DNA of 64,000 bases, taken from contig JBDRPX010000003.1 in assembly GCA_043826565.1 (NCBI GenBank), forward strand, positions 3,614-67,613, written 5' to 3'. Shown one piece after another: positions 40,501 to 43,500 of the stretch (position 1 is the stretch's first letter; each line of letters opens with the position of its first letter). Source of the DNA: Candidatus Omnitrophota bacterium (GTDB lineage Bacteria > Omnitrophota > Gorgyraeia > B26-G9). The notes under the pieces are model-generated. The model made no database searches. It worked only from the letters and a program-made list of their open reading frames with translations, and was not told the origin of the DNA. The translations under genes and the position numbers were made by a program.

Positions 40501-43500
40501 CAAAAGAGATTTGATAAAACTATCCAGAATATTTTAGAATACGGGCCATTATCGATCTTTGCCAAAGAGGTTAGGGCTAATTCCGGGCGCTTCTTTGACA
40601 TTGTGCTTCCGTCTTTGATTGGTATTGTTACCTATCCTTTAGCGATCAAAGCCGGTGTTTCTCCGTTTGTCGGCATATTGCTTGTTTGCTGGTACGCGTC
40701 ACTTTTATTTAACCAGATCCTGACTTTGCATGGGCTTATCCATTATATGGAAGCTGCCGGATTTAATAAAGTAACCGCGCTTTTGGGTGCGGGGATTGCT
40801 CTGTTCATGGGCTTAAATCCGGCATTTGTGATCATCGGATTCTTAGTCGGCGGGTTTATTATCGGGTTGGGAAGATGGCTGTCCATGATCGGCCCGAACG
40901 CGATCACTTTCGCGTCCCAGCTCATGGTTCATGGATTGTCTCAGCTTATCCGCCAGTCTTTAAAATTTGTCTTATCCGGTGAGGAAAAGACAGATAAAGA
41001 CGGTGTAGACGTGCGCTGGAGAACTACTGTCGGCCCGAATGAAAGTAATAAAGCTAAGCGCTATGAGACTTTTGTAAACTTTAGAACAATGGTGCGTTAT
41101 TTGGGCATAGGTATATTTGTTTTGTATTTATATGTTATTGGAAAAGACCTTGATTTTTTAAATGTTAATATGCTGCTTCCGTTTATCGGCCTGGTTGTCG
41201 GCGGCTTAGTCGGCCCGTTTACCCAAAAAATAAAAGAAGGTAAAGCCACGCCTTTAGGCGCTTTGGGCAGTTTCTTAGGCTGGGTAGCGGGATTCGGCAT
41301 CATGACCTTAGGCACAATGCTTATTCATGCCGGAATGGGTATATTCCCGTTATTAGGAGTTTTGATCATTGTGCTTCCATTTGTCGGTTTTATGGTCTGG
41401 TCTTCTAAGTATTCCCCGATGTTCCATCGGAGGATCGTCGGTTATGCGGATGTTATTAAAAAGTTCGATCTTTTTGATGGCGCAAAATTAAAACAGTTTT
41501 ATGATTTGATCGCTCATGAACCGATGTTTGATGTTAGCGGCCGCGGCCTTAAAGTGACATCTATTGATGATGTCCGGGCTTATCAAGAAAATAATACCAA
41601 GATAATTAAAGAATTCAATAATTTCGTAAAATTATTGAAAGTGCCGGATATTTCGAAAGCAAGTTTTAGCCGGCAGGATCTAGAAGCTATATTCGGAAAC
41701 AATGAAGCCTTATGGACAAAATATTTAAAAGAAGAAGCCGGAGTGTATACCGTAAAAGACGAAGTTAATACAGAGATTAAATTCCGCGTTTATCTTGATG
41801 CCAGATTTGCTAATTTTGTAGACCTGGTCAGAACAAAACAGGAATTAGGGCTTGCTCTTGAATTCAGCGATAAAGAAATTATGGATTGTTTTTATTCTTT
41901 AGACAGATTTCAGAATTTAATTGGTAATGAATTTATGGATAGAAAAAAGCGAAATTTTATCATAAATTTATTGGGGGATAAAAAAGATAAAATTTCTGTG
42001 CCGAATGCAGGAACATTAGAATTCTTTGATGAAAAGAATAAGGGTATTATTGTGGAATATAGTAAGTGGCTGTCAATATTAGAAAAAAATGTGGAATTTG
42101 ACAGGACACAATTAGAAAGAGCATTTGGTGAAAATCAGGAGTTGTGGGATAAATACTTAGAGGCTAAACTTTATGTGCTCAGTGATGGAGTAGATAAGGA
42201 TGAACTTTTGGCGTATGTAGAGAGGGTTTTCTCAGAAGAAAAACGCGAAGAGTTAAAGAAACTGATGGAAAATTCTAGGATTGAATTTAGTAAAGATGAC
42301 CTGCTTGAAATATTTGGTGAAAATGAAGAGTGGATGAAATATTTTAAAGAAGCAAATATTTATATTCTCAAGGAAGGGATTACCCCATACCAGTTTCGTG
42401 ATTATTTGGAAACAGTTATTGATAAGGATAATGAGGAAAGTGTAAGGGGGCTGTTAAATATATTAGAAGATGTTACCAAGGAATTTAGCGAGGAAGCTTT
42501 GAATGTATTGTTTGGGGAAAAGAACAAACAATGGGCTAAGTATTTAGTTGGAGTAAGCGAAGGCAGGTATAGATTTAGAGAAAATATTGTGAGATCTCTT
42601 GTGGAGGAAATAGAATTCCGCAAACATCTGGATAAAAATTTTGCCGGGTTTGCTTTATTTATCAGGGAAGAAGGAGCCTTGAGAAAACTGTTCAGCAAGG
42701 TGGATGTTTCCAAAAAATTTGATGAAGGCCGGGTCGCAAAGGAAGCTTTTGGTAATAAAAAAATAGTCGCATTACTTTTGGATAATAAAATCATTCAAAA
42801 TGATGGTGAAAATAATAAATATGTATATTTTAATAAGGATATATTGGATGAAACAGAATTAAAAAAACGTTTAGGGCAAAAAGAACTGCAGGAAGAATTG
42901 AAGGCAATAAATGCCGATGCTAAAGGTATTATTGTATCTCTTTGGCAGAAAGCTCATAGTAATTTTAGGGGGTATATGAAATGGATATACCAGTCATTTA
43001 TGCGTTCTTTCGCGATTTCCTTCTTCCTGTTCAGTTTCTTATTGGTCGTGCCTTTGCCGAGTATTTTGGTTTTTGATGTGGGAATGTATCATAAAATGGT
43101 ACTTCCGATGATCTTACTGGTGAAGTTTGTCGGCGCTCTTTTAGTAACTGTTTACGGATTTAAGATCTTAGGCCCGGTAGTAACCGGACATATTACCCGA
43201 AAGGTTCTTACCAGTAAGATTAAAGTAGTTGAGGAAAATTTCCGGCAGCTGATCAAAGAAGACCGTTTGGACCGGGCGACTTTGAGCCAGGTCAAGGCTT
43301 TATTACACCATATCAGTGTATGGATGCATCAGGAAAATTACGGCTGGGTAAAAGCGGATCTGGCAACTGTAAAACGTCTGCTTAAAGCTGCTTCTCCGGA
43401 AAGTCCGGATAGTGAAGAAGGATCAGAAATAGAACAGCCTGTACAGCCTGAACCGCAAGCACTTCCTGATGATTTTATTGCTCCGGAAATCCCGCAAGCA

